A stretch of 64,000 nucleotides of DNA from an uncultured Planctomycetota bacterium (GTDB lineage: Bacteria > Planctomycetota > Planctomycetia > Isosphaerales > Isosphaeraceae), in contig CAWJTV010000020.1 in NCBI GenBank assembly GCA_963845755.1, forward strand, positions 576,001-640,000, in the 5' to 3' direction. The notes beneath the pieces are model-generated. The model made no database searches. It worked only from the letters and a program-made list of their open reading frames with translations, and was not told the DNA's origin. The first letter of the stretch is position 1. Each line of letters starts with the position of its first letter. The position numbers and the translations under genes were made by a program. This document shows, piece after piece, positions 10,391 through 22,235 of the stretch.

Positions 10391-11487
10391 ATGAACGTCC
10401 AAGACTCTTCACTGAGCGAGACGCTTGCCCAAGGCCGGACGCTTCCCGCCGAGTGGTACACAGACCCCAAGCGATTCGAATGCGAGCAGGATCGCATCTT
10501 CGCGGCGAGTTGGAACTATATCGGCCGAGTCGAACAGGTCGCGAGAGTCGGCGATTTCCTGACCGGCCGAGTCGGTGAGGTTCCGGTCGTCATCGTCCGC
10601 GATGAAGCGGGGACGCTCCGGGCCTTCGCGAACGTCTGCGGCCACCGAGGCAGCGAGTTGGTGTTGGAGAAGTGCGGCAATCGCCGCACTCTCCAGTGTC
10701 ACTATCACGCCTGGACCTGGGGTCTCGACGGAACCCTGCGCCAGCCCCGCACTGCCAGGAGCAGCCAGGCTTCGACAAGGCCCACTTCCCGCTAACGCGT
10801 CTTGGAGTTGAGACATTCGGGCCGTTCATCTTCATCAACCCTGGCTCCGCATCGTGTTCATTAGCGGCCACGCTCGGCCAGTTGCCCGCAATCATCCGGT
10901 CGGGTGGTGCGGACATCGACACGCTCAAGTTTCGCGAACGGAGACAGTATGCGATTCAGGCCAACTGGAAAGTCGTGGTCGAGAATTTTCTCGAGTGCTA
11001 CCATTGCGCGGTGTCCCATCCGGGCTTCGCCGATCTGATCGACCTGGACAAGTACCAGGTCGTTGCTTACGACCGTTGCTCCGTACAACGCGGCCCGCGC
11101 AAGGCGAGCGCCCGACCGCCTTGCAAGGAGGGGTTCGGGGCCGACGAGGGGCGGGAAGGGCTCTATACCTATCTCTGGCCGAACTTCATGCTCAACGTGT
11201 ATCCCGGCGCCAGCAATGCTTCAACGAATCTCATCCTTCCGATCGACGAGCATCATTGCCTTGCGGTCTACGAGTTCTTCTTCGCCGAGAATATGCCAGA
11301 GGAGGAGCAGCGCGCAATGGTCGATTTCATCGATCAGGTCCAGCGGGAGGACATCATCATCGTCGAGTCGGTGCAGCGTGGGTTACGATCCGGGTTCTAC
11401 AAGCAGGGCCAATTGATTCTTTCGCGCGAGAACGGGATTCAGCACTTCCAGAGGCTGGTGTTCTCTGCCCTGGCCGGCTCGCTCTGA
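10391..11487 (+). CDS. Rieske aromatic ring-hydroxylating oxygenase alpha subunit (choline monooxygenase-like; frameshift near 10740)
   Basis: NVCGHRG...CHYHAW Rieske motif; NWKVVVENFLECYHCAVSH and EDIIIVESVQRG catalytic motifs. Confidence 0.88.
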
Positions 11488-11629
11488 GGCGTCTTTTTTC
11501 ACGCGGCGGTTTGCTCCTCCCAACCGGGAATTCATCGCGACCCGCACACCAAATCGGTTGACACCATCTCCCCGAGATTCGAGACGTGTTGGCGCAGGCT
11601 GAGCATTGCAACGATAGGGAACCGACTGC

Positions 11630-12277
11630 ATGAGTTTGGGCGCGGTCGTACTGTGTGGCGGCGAGAGTCGCCGGATGGGCTGCTCGAAAGCCTGGCTGCC
11701 GTTCGGGTCCGAGCGGATGCTCCAGCGCGTCGTCCGGCTGGTCGGCGAGGTCGCCTGGCCGATCGTCGTCGTCGCCGCACCCGGTCGAGCACTCCCGGAG
11801 CTGGCTGCCGACATTGCGATCGCTCGCGACCCGATCGCCGGCCGCGGTCCCCTGCAAGGCGTGGCGACCGGCCTCGCCACCTTCCCCGATTCGGTCGAGC
11901 TGGTCTATGCCACCGCGACGGATGTCCCCTTCCTCGAACCGCGCTGGATCACCCGCCTCGCCGAGCTGATCGGCGATCACGACCTCGCCATTCCGTTCAT
12001 CGGCGAGCGTTACCATCCGCTAGCGGCCCTCTATCGGAAGGACGCCTTTCTGCCAGTCATCGAACGTCTGTTGAAGGCGGATCGACTACGTCTGACCTCG
12101 GTCGTCGATGAGGTCAAGACCCGCTACGTCTCGGAGGAGGAGTTGCGAGCCGTTGATCCGATCCTCGGGACCATCCGGAACTTGAATGACCGGGACGACT
12201 ATCAGAACGCGCTTCGCGAGGTCGTCACGGGCGACACGGCCTTCCGGTCCCATGAGGTTCAGGACGGATTCGCGTAA
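11630..12277 (+). CDS. mobA: molybdenum cofactor guanylyltransferase
   Basis: VVLCGGESRRMG.SKAWL, GPLQG, ATDVPF, HPLAALY, NLN. Confidence 0.88.
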   Translation: MSLGAVVLCGGESRRMGCSKAWLPFGSERMLQRVVRLVGEVAWPIVVVAAPGRALPELAADIAIARDPIAGRGPLQGVATGLATFPDSVELVYATATDVPFLEPRWITRLAELIGDHDLAIPFIGERYHPLAALYRKDAFLPVIERLLKADRLRLTSVVDEVKTRYVSEEELRAVDPILGTIRNLNDRDDYQNALREVVTGDTAFRSHEVQDGFA

Positions 12278-13855
12278 GTCGCAACGACGACCCGCGCGGT
12301 TCGCAAGCCATCAACGGCCGCACTCATGATTCCGCCGGCATATCCGGCCCCCTCGCCGCAGGGATAGAGTCCGGCCACGCCGGGACTCTCGCGGGTAGCC
12401 GGATCGCGCGTGATGCGGACCGGGGAGCTGCCGCGGGCCTCGGGACCGGTGAGCGTCGCATCGCGGAGGAATTGGCCTCCGAACCGCCGGTCCATCTTCG
12501 GCAGACCGCGTTCGAGGGCCTCGACGACCGTGCCGGGAAGGAACAGGCGCAGGTCTACCGTCGTGCCACCGCGACGATAGCTGGTCGGGATCGTCCCGCG
12601 GCTCGGCCGCCCGGCGAGGAAGTCGCGCCGCCGACTGGAGCGGCGCCGCATAGTCTCGTCCCCCCGCGACGTAGGCGAGACTCTCGATCCGTTGCTGATA
12701 CTGCACGCCCGCCAGGGGATGGGTGCTTCCGGTTTCCTCCGGCTCGATGGTGACGACCAGGCCGCTATTGGCGAACGGAGAGTCGTGGCGGCTTTCACTC
12801 ATGCCGTTGGTGCAGAAGTACCCCGGGTCACTGACGCTGGGCATCACATAGCCGCCGGCGCACATGCAGAACGTGAACAGGTCGCGATCGCCCGTGCGGA
12901 CCGTCGCCACGTAATCCGCCGCGCCCAGGGCGGGATGGCCGGCATGATGGCCGTATCGGGCTTGATCGATGGCCGCCTGCGGCTGCTCGATCCGCACGCC
13001 CAACTGGAACGGCTTGGCCTCGATCGGGACCTCGCGGCGCAGCAGCATGCCGTAAGTATCGCGGGCACTGTGGCCGATCGCGAGGATCGCCAGGTCCGCG
13101 GCGATATAGCCGGTGGACGTCGAGAGGCCGCGGAGTCGGCCATCGGTGATGTCGAGGTCCTCCACGAGGCATCCGAAGCGGACCTCGCCGCCGAGCGATT
13201 CGATCTTGCGACGGAGCGTTCGGACCACCAGGGGCAGCCGGTTGGAGCCGAGGTGAGGCCGATGCTCGTACAGGATCGTCGGACCGCCGTGACATTCCGC
13301 CAGGATCTCCAGAACACGATGGATGTCGGGCCCGGTGCCGCGCGAGGTGAGCTTGCCATCGCTGAAGGTGCCGGCCCCCCCCTCCCCGAACAGGTAATTG
13401 CTCTCGGGGTCCACCGGCCCGTTCTCGTCGAACCGGCGCACGTCGGCGACCCGATCCTTGACGGCTCGGCCCCGCTCGAGAATCAGTGGTCGGAACCCCG
13501 ACTCAGCCAGGAGGTATCCGGCGAGCAGGCCGGCCGGGCCCGAGCCCACGATCACAGGTCGATGCCGGAGTGGGCGCGAGCCGGGCTCGGGCCAGTCGAA
13601 CCGCTCTGGGGCGTAATCCTGGACGTCCGGGGATGAGCCAGCTTCGATTCGAGGACTGGCTCCCTCCGCGAGTCGGACCTCGGCCGAATAGATGAAATGG
13701 AGGTCGTCGTGACTTCGGGCGTCGAGGCTCTTGCGGAGGATCCGACACCCTGCGATCGCATCCGGTCCCAAGCCGAGGCGGTCTGCGGCCTTTCGCGGAA
13801 GTCCCTCCTCGGGTTCACCCAGCTCCAGGCGAATGTTGGCGACTCGGAGTGACAT
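12259..13855 (-). CDS. NAD(P)/FAD-dependent oxidoreductase (frameshift near 12630)
   Basis: IVGSGPAGL, FGEGGAGTFSDGKL, FTFCMCAGG, GLYPCGEGAGYAGGIMSAAVDG. Confidence 0.88.
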
Positions 13856-13872
13856 AGGTGGAAATCAATTCC

Positions 13873-13940
13873 AGATTGCGGATTCGAGATTGCGGGATCG
13901 AGATTCCTGGCCGTGATTGCGGACCGGGATTCCGGATTCC
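13873..13940. repeat. degenerate 7-bp tandem repeat (RGATTSS)
   Basis: agattgc ggattcg agattgc gggatcg agattcc ... ggattcc ggattcc in the intergenic spacer. Confidence 0.5.
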
Positions 13941-14013
13941 CCTTGAAACTCGGGCGCCGAGATACGCGATCGGTCCTCCCCCATGCGCGATCGCCCATGA
14001 CCCTCCGTGCGCT

Positions 14014-15723
14014 TCACCGAGCCAAGGGGCCGAAGCAGATCAGGGTGATATCGTCAACCTGGACGTGGTTCGCGGAGAATTCACGGATGTCTTGCAGGAT
14101 CGCCCGGCCGACGGCTTCCGGGCCACCCTGGGTCTCGGCCAGCCTCCGGAGCAGGCGGCGGTTCTCTCGCGACTCGTACAGTTCCTCGCGGAGGTTGCGC
14201 GCATCGGTCACGCCGTCGGAGAACACGGCAACGACGTCGCCGGGAAACAGTTTCACGTCGGTCTGCTTGTAGTCCGACTCCGGGATGATTCCCAGCGGAA
14301 ACCCGGCGATCTCCTCGCCGATCTCGTCAATGCTTCCGTTGGCCCGGCGGATCACGACCGGTAGGTGACCGGCCGAGGTCAGCGTCAAGATGCGCCTGGG
14401 GATGTCGAGGACGCTCAGGCTGAGCGTGATGAACTTCTCTTCGATCCCGGCCGAAAAGAGCAGGCTGTTCAGCTCGTTGGCGGCGGCCGAGGGGGAATCC
14501 TCGGTCAGGATGCAGTAGCGAGTGTCGCCCGAGAACTTGGCCATCATCAGCGCCGCGGCGACGCCTTTCCCCGAGACGTCGCCCACGGCGAAGGCCAGCC
14601 GATCGTTGGGCAGCGGCACGAAATCGTAGTAGTCGCCACCCACCTCGTAGGCCGGGTCGTAGTGGGCGAAGAACTCGAACCCGGGGACCGAGGGGACCGA
14701 CTGGGGCAGGAATCGTTTCTGCACCTGCTCGGCCAGTCTCAGGTCTCGGTTGAGCCGCTCCCGTTCCAGTAGCGACTCGTGCATCGCCGCGTTCTGGATC
14801 GCGATCGCCGCCTGGCTGGCCACCGCGGCCAACACGTCGAGGTCCTCCTGGAGGAATTGCTTGCGGTCGCTGGTGTCGAGCTGGATGATCCCCAGGGCTT
14901 CGCGGTCGGGCGCGAGCAGAGGTACGCACATGACCGACCGGATCTTCAGATCGGCGATCGAGGCGCTGGTCGGAAGGTTCTGATCGGAACTTGCATCCTG
15001 GCTGAGCACGGCCTTCTTCTGCCCCAGGACATGATTGACAATCGAGCGGCTGATGCTCATCGGGATCTCATCGACCGGGATCGTGGTCGAGAACTGGGCC
15101 CGCCGGATCGGCCGATACTTGAAGGCCTTGCGGACGAGGCGCTTGGTCTCCGGGTCGACGAGGACGAGGAAGAGCCGCTCGGCTTGCGGGAACAATTCCA
15201 TCAACGAATCGAGGATCTTGGGGGCGACAGTGTCGATTCTTAGCTCGGTCGAGAGGTTACGCGCGATCTCCAGGATCGCCTTGAGCTTGATCTCGGGCTT
15301 CACCAGGCTCGCCAGGGCACTGGAACGCGAGGCGTCGAGCGTGTGGAGTTGGGGCGAGTCCTGGTTCTCGCCCTCGTTCACGATCATGATATCCCCGCCA
15401 TCCTTGCCGGTCCCGTCGGAGGGGAGCCGGGGATAGAACAGGAACTCGACGTCGCAGATATTGATCCGGTCCCCTGGCGCGAGGCGGTGGTCTACTCCCG
15501 GCAGGACCTTGGTATTGTTGACCTTGGTCATATTGCGAGAGTTCAGGTCGGCCAGGTAGAACTCTTCGCCCTTCCGATAGATCTCGGCATGCCTGCGGCT
15601 GACCCCGTTGGGGTCGAGAATGATGTGGCAATGCTCGGGGGATCGGCCGATCACCACACGATCCGGCTTGAGCTCGATAATCTGACCAGCGGTCTCGCCG
15701 TTGGCCCGCTTCAGGAATGCCAT
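14014..15723 (-). CDS. FHA-GAF-SpoIIE (PP2C-type) serine phosphatase
   Basis: IGRS...VSRRHA...DLNSRN (FHA); SVMCVPL...GIIQLD (GAF); VGGDYYD, GDVSGKG, FSDGVTDA, DDITL (PP2C). Confidence 0.92.
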   Translation of the reverse strand: MAFLKRANGETAGQIIELKPDRVVIGRSPEHCHIILDPNGVSRRHAEIYRKGEEFYLADLNSRNMTKVNNTKVLPGVDHRLAPGDRINICDVEFLFYPRLPSDGTGKDGGDIMIVNEGENQDSPQLHTLDASRSSALASLVKPEIKLKAILEIARNLSTELRIDTVAPKILDSLMELFPQAERLFLVLVDPETKRLVRKAFKYRPIRRAQFSTTIPVDEIPMSISRSIVNHVLGQKKAVLSQDASSDQNLPTSASIADLKIRSVMCVPLLAPDREALGIIQLDTSDRKQFLQEDLDVLAAVASQAAIAIQNAAMHESLLERERLNRDLRLAEQVQKRFLPQSVPSVPGFEFFAHYDPAYEVGGDYYDFVPLPNDRLAFAVGDVSGKGVAAALMMAKFSGDTRYCILTEDSPSAAANELNSLLFSAGIEEKFITLSLSVLDIPRRILTLTSAGHLPVVIRRANGSIDEIGEEIAGFPLGIIPESDYKQTDVKLFPGDVVAVFSDGVTDARNLREELYESRENRRLLRRLAETQGGPEAVGRAILQDIREFSANHVQVDDITLICFGPLAR

Positions 15724-15786
15724 GCGCATCGACTCCCAACCGAACGCAGCCTCATTCAAGCCAGGTCAAGGTATCCTCACGCGATC

Positions 15787-17630
15787 CTACTGAGTCGACC
15801 GCCCCTCGGCTCCTCCGGTCGGCCTGGGCTGGACCAGACCCGCCGAGGCCGGCTTGGCCACTTCGATCCGATTGAGTCGCCGGAGTAGGGCCTGGATCGC
15901 CCGGCGAAGGGGCACCGCCATGGTCTCAGTCCTCGACTTCTGCACGATCTGGAGGGCGTCCCAGCACAATTCCAGGTTCAAGGCCACCAGTGCCGGATCG
16001 TGCATGGCCGTCACGTTGGCTTGCAATCGTTTCTCGAACGCCTGAGCGACCGCGTCGATATCCCCCTTCTTCAGTTTGATGGCGGCCTGGATGACCCCCA
16101 CGAGTTCATGGTCGCGCGTCTGAGCGTCCTTCCAGGTGTCGAGCTCCGACTGCAGGACTTCGAGCGCGTCCAGGTTGTTCGTGCGATACCAGGTCCGCGC
16201 GAGCTGCGTGTAGGCCTTCGAGACGGCCTCGTGCGAATGAGGATAGTAGCCGAGCACGGCGAGCCAGGCCGTGTCCGATTCGTCGCGCAGGCCTCGAAGA
16301 GGCCATACCTCAGTTGTTCATCCGGGCTGGACTGCTGGGGGATCTCCCGCCAGTGCGGATTGAGCCACAGGGCGGGCAGGGGGGTTGCCGGTTCCATGGG
16401 GCTCGTCATCACGTCCGGAGCCCGGGACGACCAACCCGAGACCGCGCCCACCAACAGGCCGGCCGCCAGGGCCATGATCGCGATCATGCCACGGAACTGG
16501 CCCCGATCGGCGCCCGCGGCGGCCTCCGGGACTCCCTCAGCCCGATTCGAGTCGGGAAGGGCCCGGGGCTCCGCGGGCCGGCTCGTCTTTGCGGTGGCGG
16601 CAACGGCCGGAGCCGGCCTGGACTCCCTGACCGCCATCGGACAGTGCGCGGCCGGTTCTGGCACCTCCTCGGTGCGTGTGATCGCTGCATCGAACTGCTC
16701 GGGAAGCTTCTCCGTCGCCCCCGCCTGGACCAGGTCGCGGATCTTGGCGAGGTCGGCCAGCATCATCGCGGCGGACTGGTAGCGATCCGCCGGATCCTTG
16801 GCCATGAGTTTCATCACCAGCCGGTCGATCTCCAGCGGTAGGTCGGGTCGATGACTCAGCAGACTTCGAGGGATCTCACGCACGTGCTTCAAGGCCAGGG
16901 CCACCGCCGTGTCGGCGCGAAACGGCGGCTCGCCGACCAGTATGAAATAGTAGGTCACCCCCAGCGAATAGAGGTCGCTGCGGTGATCCAGAGCGTGCCC
17001 CTGAGCCTGCTCGGGACTCATGTAGAGCGGCGTACCCATGGTCACGCCCGACTGGGTCAGGTTCAGCGCATCCTCACCTTCGAAGCGGCAGAGGCCGAAG
17101 TCCGCCACTTTCACCCGACCTCGCTTCGTAATCAGGATGTTCTCCGGCTTCACATCCCGGTGGATCAGCCCTTCCTCTCCGGCCGCGCCGATCGCCTGCG
17201 CGGTCTGCTTCATGATCGTCAGGGCCACCGGAATCTCCAGCGGCCCCTTCTTCCGGATGTACTCGCGGAGATTCGTCCCTTCGACGTACTCCATCGCGAT
17301 GAAATGGACCTCGTCGATGTTTCCGATCGCATAGACGTGGACGATATTGGGGTGATTGAGCCGCGCGATCGCCGTGGCTTCCGCCCGAAACCGGTTTAGA
17401 TAAGCACCTTTGGTCAAATAATCAGGACGGAGGACCTTCAGGGCGACCACTCGATTCAAGCTGATCTGGGTCGCCATGTAAACTTCGCCCATTCCGCCGC
17501 GCACCAGCAACTGCTCGACCTGGAAATCGCCGAGCGTGACCCCCGTCAGGTCCCCGAGCGGCACGCGATTGCCTTCGATGACCCAGCCGAGGGTGTCTTC
17601 GTTCGGGGATTGCCGGTCAACTTGGTTCAT
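15787..17630 (-). CDS. membrane-anchored Ser/Thr protein kinase (frameshift near 16270)
   Basis: GGMGEVY, VALKVL, HRDVKPEN, DFG, GTPLYMSPEQ, DLYSLG; TM segment IAIMALAAGLLVGAV. Confidence 0.9.
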
Positions 17631-18060
17631 GATCTCGATCCGTCTGCATCGGCAAAGGGGCTGTGCGACCTGGCGTCCGGGTTGCGACATCGCGACTTCC
17701 ACATCTAGTCTACGGAAATCGCAAATCGTCGGCAAATGGCAAAGCCCCGCGCCGTGAATTTGATACGTTCCTGGGAGTAAGATGGATCACTGACCTTGAG
17801 TGCAGATTCGGTTACGGGAGGCGAGATAAGCATTCCTGCCACCGGCCGGCGACGAGATACCAAGAAAATGGCGAGGCGACATTGTCTCGGGGCGAGTTGA
17901 CGGGGTATCGTAATGATGTTGGTCCCAACCTCGAGGTTCGATGGTCCGGGCTGGAGATGCTTAACCAGAGTGAACCCTCTGCGAGCATCGAAGAGTGCGG
18001 CCTGGAGATCATCCATCGTCGTCGATCGCATGACGACTCCATCCATTCTGGCGGAGGCCG

Positions 18061-18873
18061 GTGATGCGTCAATCACGCAAGTTATGGCCCCGATTTGTGG
18101 CGATGGGCATTGGCTGTGCGCTCATCCCGGCCGTGGCAACCCTCGCCCAGCCGATGGATCCCGCCTTCAACCAGATCGTCGGGAATCCGCGGGGACTTCC
18201 CCATCTCCCACCGCAGGGGGCCTGGGGTGAGATCATCAACGTCACCTCGCGCTGGGTGGTCATCCAGAACCACTCGGGTCAGCAGTACCCGATATCCGTC
18301 AATGACTTGGGCGAATTCCTGGTTCGATGGCCCAGCAGCGTCGAAGCCCTGGGAAATCAGTCGCTCGTGGAGGCGGTCGGACGACATCTCGGTAACAATA
18401 TCGTCCAGACCGAGCACATCGACGTCTTCGAGGGGGGCGACCAATCCCTCGTCAGCCCAACCTATAACACCATTTTCAACAACAACGCCATGGCGGCGAT
18501 CATCGATCCCAGTTTCAACCAGTATTATAGCCCCTGGCATTTCGGCGGTGGGCTCAACATGCTCTACGGTTGGGCGTATCCCACGGGTGCCGGTCTGACC
18601 GCCGACATTCCCGCCCGCATTCATGTCGTCGGTAATCCGGTTAACCTCTCGCCGTTGCAACTCAATGTTCCCGGGAACAACCTCGCGACGGTCGGCAGTC
18701 CGCCAGGGACAGGGTTTACGGTCACCCAGGTGACGCGGGGCGACATCGCCTTCGTCAGGAAGGGGGATCACGTCTTCCTGATGCCGCAAGCGATCACGCC
18801 GAGAGGATTGATCCTCTCGCAGTTCATTCTGTACAAGACGATCCCGTTGCGGCTGTTCAACAGGGCGCGCTGA
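18061..18873 (+). CDS. exported hypothetical protein
   Basis: GGAGG RBS, N-terminal signal peptide, 270-aa ORF with plausible composition. Confidence 0.7.
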   Translation: MMRQSRKLWPRFVAMGIGCALIPAVATLAQPMDPAFNQIVGNPRGLPHLPPQGAWGEIINVTSRWVVIQNHSGQQYPISVNDLGEFLVRWPSSVEALGNQSLVEAVGRHLGNNIVQTEHIDVFEGGDQSLVSPTYNTIFNNNAMAAIIDPSFNQYYSPWHFGGGLNMLYGWAYPTGAGLTADIPARIHVVGNPVNLSPLQLNVPGNNLATVGSPPGTGFTVTQVTRGDIAFVRKGDHVFLMPQAITPRGLILSQFILYKTIPLRLFNRAR

Positions 18874-18905
18874 CTTTCAGAGTCTGTTCCCTAAGTCCCC
18901 TCCTG

Positions 18906-19402
18906 AGCCCCCGGACGGGGGCGGAAGCACGTAGCCAGGGCGTGAGCCCTCGTTGTTCTACACAAGTCATAGATCCATAGGGAACAATGGGTTCCGTCAA
19001 GTTGCCGTGGCCAAATCGATCATTTTATACTAATAATGCTATATGTGCACTAGATAATTTATCGGTTTTTCGCGGGAAATCTCAATATCGGCGAAATCCT
19101 GATAAAAATATGCGTCGCAGGTGTATATACTGTACATGTAGTGTACACTGCCCGCGCGTGGCCCTGTTTCCCATTGCAACTCATTACTTCAAAATGGGTT
19201 ACGACTTGTGTAGATGACCGAGGCGTGAGCCCCTGGACGAGGGGAGTTCCTCCGATCGGGGAAGCCCCGGAGGGGCGACAGAAACCCTGTGGCCCTGAGG
19301 ACGTCTGTCGCTCCTCCGGGTCTCGAAGGACGGTCGAGGGGGTCGCGGTCGATCGTCCAGGGGCTCACGCCCCTGGTTACGTCCGGTCGCTCCTCTGGGG
19401 CT
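18906..19402. repeat. REP/REPIN-like nested inverted repeat interrupted by a MITE
   Basis: GTAGCCAGGGCGTGAGCC[..]CCTGGACGA pairs with TCGTCCAGGGGCTCACGCCCCTGGTTAC; inner pair CCCGGAGGGGCGACAGA (19266-19282) / TCTGTCGCTCCTCCGGG (19304-19320); lies between convergent genes. Confidence 0.75.
18949..19222. mobile_element. 274-bp AT-rich MITE (non-autonomous IS derivative)
   Basis: TIRs CTCGTTGTTCTACACAAGTC / GACTTGTGTAGATGACCGAG (17/20 match); 9-bp direct repeat GCGTGAGCC at 18940-18948 and 19223-19231. Confidence 0.85.
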
Positions 19403-19474
19403 ATTGGAGCCGACTCTCATGATGTCGGCGACGTCTGAACGGTCCGCTTCTTGGCGACGACGCCCGCCCACGAT

Positions 19475-21120
19475 TCACTCGGACTTGCGGATCCCCTTGG
19501 GGGCGGGTTCATCCCGGTCGGGGAAGTCTTTCGTGGACGGATCGCTCTTCAGCAGGGGATCCTCGTTCTCTTGATCGTCATCATATCCCCGATAAAGCGG
19601 TAGATAACGATAGTAGACCTCGAGCGTGAGGATGGACAACGAGGTAACATACAGGCGGCCCGCCGTTTGCCCCCAGTGGTCGGGAGCGGGCAGATCGGGA
19701 TCCCAGCTTCCCAGGGCGCAGCCGTCTTCCTTGACCTGCATGCTGATCAGGAGTTCGCGGACCTTGGGATTCCAACTCTCCCAGTCCTTGTTCTTCATGT
19801 TGTGCAAGAGCTGGGTCGCGTAATACCAATAGTAGATGTTTCGTTCGTCGAGCGTCTCGAGGTGGGCCGCGATCTGCGCGGCCCCCTTGACCAGTGGAGG
19901 ATAGTTTCGGGGCCAGCCGAGCAATTGCCGGCTCAGCAAGCCCTCGGCCGTCATGACGTAGGAGAGGCCGCCGCGGCCGGGTTGATAGGAATACCCGATC
20001 CGATGCCGATCGACGGCGGCCAGGTCGAGATATCGCGAGCAGGCTTTGAGCACGTGCTTCGGAGGCTTGATCCGAGCAATGTGGGCGGTGCGCAGGGCGA
20101 AAATCTGCCATCCGAAAACCGACGTATCTCCATCTTGACCCGGGGAATAACGCCAGCCGCCGGTGTTCGCGCTCTGGGCATCGACGATGAACTGGACGGC
20201 CAACTGCGCCGGTTTCTTCAGGCGGGCATCTTGCGAGAGCCCGTACGCCTCACAGAGCGCCATCGTACCGATGGCGTGGCTGTACATGAAAGCGATCCCG
20301 CGCTGGCCGGTGTACAGGTTGCCGTCGGGGCTCTGGTGATCGATCAGCCAGGCGATCCCCCGGCGGATGGAGTCTTGATGCCGACTCTTGACCGTGTGCG
20401 TATAGCCGGCACCAGGAGAGGCAACAGGGACAGGCCGGTCGCGGCGGTGTCCGCCTCCATAACCTGGCGGTGGGAGCATCCTCCTCCCTGACACTGTTCG
20501 GCGTAATTCAGGCTCCACGACCCATCGGGCCGTTGATGCCGGACCAGCCAGTCGAGGCCATCTTCCACCGACTTCTCGGAGCGAGCGGTCCCCCCTTCGC
20601 GTTGCACGAGCCGGGCGCGAGTCAACCCTTGCCGGCCCGAGAACGGTGCCGAGACCGTCGCCGATAACTCGGGGAGTCGCACCGGGACCATCGAGGCGCC
20701 CTTGAGCTCCGTGAGCGGCGTCGGCCCGGCGAGGACCGGGGCGTAGTGGCTGAGGGAGGCAACTTCCGGCTGGCCGATGAGCTTCAGGTCCGGATCTTCC
20801 GGCCCCACGCCCAGCGAGGGCGGATCGGCGCTGTCTGTCAGCGTGAACGGATCTCCGGAGCGATTCGCCGGGACCAGCGACGTCACGTCGCCAAGTTGAG
20901 TATCCACGATCGCTCCCTCGATCGAGGCGTGACGGTTCGGATCGCGTCCCCACTGGATGATCAGGGCGAGGATTAAGAGAAAGAGAGCGTGCATCAGCAC
21001 GCTGAGTCCCCAGGAGGGGATCGATCGAAGCGTGCCCAAATCATATTCACCCTCACGCAACTGCTCCCAGCGGTTGCGGATTCCCTGGCTCAGCGAGATG
21101 ACCGGCCAGCCTTTAGCCAT
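19475..21120 (-). CDS. prenyltransferase/squalene oxidase repeat membrane protein (frameshift near 20415)
   Basis: TM SWGLSVLMHALFLLILAL; GLDWLVRHQ..DGSW, GGWRY.PG..GDTSV.GW, YYWYYATQ, GRLYVTSLSILTLEVYYRYLP. Confidence 0.85.
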
Positions 21121-21267
21121 CGGCAGACCCTCATTCAGACGTGATCGACAGCGGTCGCCGCCTCGAAGAACGAATTCTTTCCTATTCTAATTCAACGAGA
21201 AGCCAGTCCGCTCAGCCGCGCCAACGAGGAATCCGGAGAACGAGGGCCGGAGCCGCTCTCCTCGCGG

Positions 21268-21873
21268 CTATCGGCCGCGTGCTGAACCGGCGGGCGCCTG
21301 GCCGCGACTCGGAACGGAGGGACGAGACATCATCCCCGACCGAGTTCGAGAGGTCTGTGCTTTGTTCGCGTTGGCATATTGCCCGTTCCGAATGGTGGGA
21401 TAATAGTTATGCGGCGTTGTCCGGACCATGACCGGCTGGCTGCGAGGCTGCGATCGGGTTTGCCAGGTCGAGCCCGCCGGGACCTGGGAATTCGCCCCCG
21501 GCGCCATCCCTGGCCGGCCCGGAGAGGGTCGCTGTGGACCGTTCTGCGGTTGCCTGCCGATGGAGGGCGTGGATCCGACGGTCCCACCCTTTGTGACCGG
21601 TCCCGAGGAGGCCACGTCGCGCCGTACCGTGGTCACCCGACCATAGTACTGGGCCTGTCGGGATACCGCGGGCTTACCTTTTCTTGAATTCAGGGGGGCG
21701 CCACTCGGTGGAACGGCGGAGTCCGCGCCGACGGAACCGATCGGTGCGCTCTGGACAGGGGGTATGGCAGCCCCGCCGAGATTGGAGGACCCCACGTCCT
21801 GGGCCCTCGCGACAGCCTCGCCGCCCAGGACTACCAGGCCCAACACCACGCCGATTCGCCAAGTGCCGATCAT
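21268..21873 (-). CDS. exported low-complexity hypothetical protein
   Basis: signal peptide MIGTWRIGVVLGLVVLGGEAVARA followed by P/G/S/R-rich sequence. Confidence 0.5.
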   Translation of the reverse strand: MIGTWRIGVVLGLVVLGGEAVARAQDVGSSNLGGAAIPPVQSAPIGSVGADSAVPPSGAPLNSRKGKPAVSRQAQYYGRVTTVRRDVASSGPVTKGGTVGSTPSIGRQPQNGPQRPSPGRPGMAPGANSQVPAGSTWQTRSQPRSQPVMVRTTPHNYYPTIRNGQYANANKAQTSRTRSGMMSRPSVPSRGQAPAGSARGR

Positions 21874-22235
21874 GAGTGCCTGCCCATCTGTGATTCGTGG
21901 GGATGGCGACCAGAGACCGATCCTCAACCCGTACACCTTCTGATCGCCCCGGTTCCTCTGATTATCCGCTCAACCGCCCCGAACTCAAGAACTCAGTCGC
22001 CCGGATCGAGGGATTCATCAAGCCGACCTTCAGGATCATGCCATCAATCACTCGTCCTCGTGAACGAGATCAAACGGGAGCCGCTCGCAATCGGCCAGGG
22101 GTTCAGCGACAATGACGCGACGTGGCCGCAACGGCTCCGGGGTCGGGGGATGCGGCTTTGAGGCGAGGCGTGCGGGTCGCCCGGCGCAGGCGCCTCGTCC
22201 AGGGGTGGATACCGGGTCGTAGGAGTTTGCTTCTA

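Noticed and set aside
9837..12277. Intact prophage or integrative element at the tRNA
   Set aside because: No full integrase, attR copy or phage genes are visible; only a short relic.
18987..19217. 76-aa ORF inside the first MITE
   Set aside because: AT-rich, atypical codon usage and no transposase motifs.
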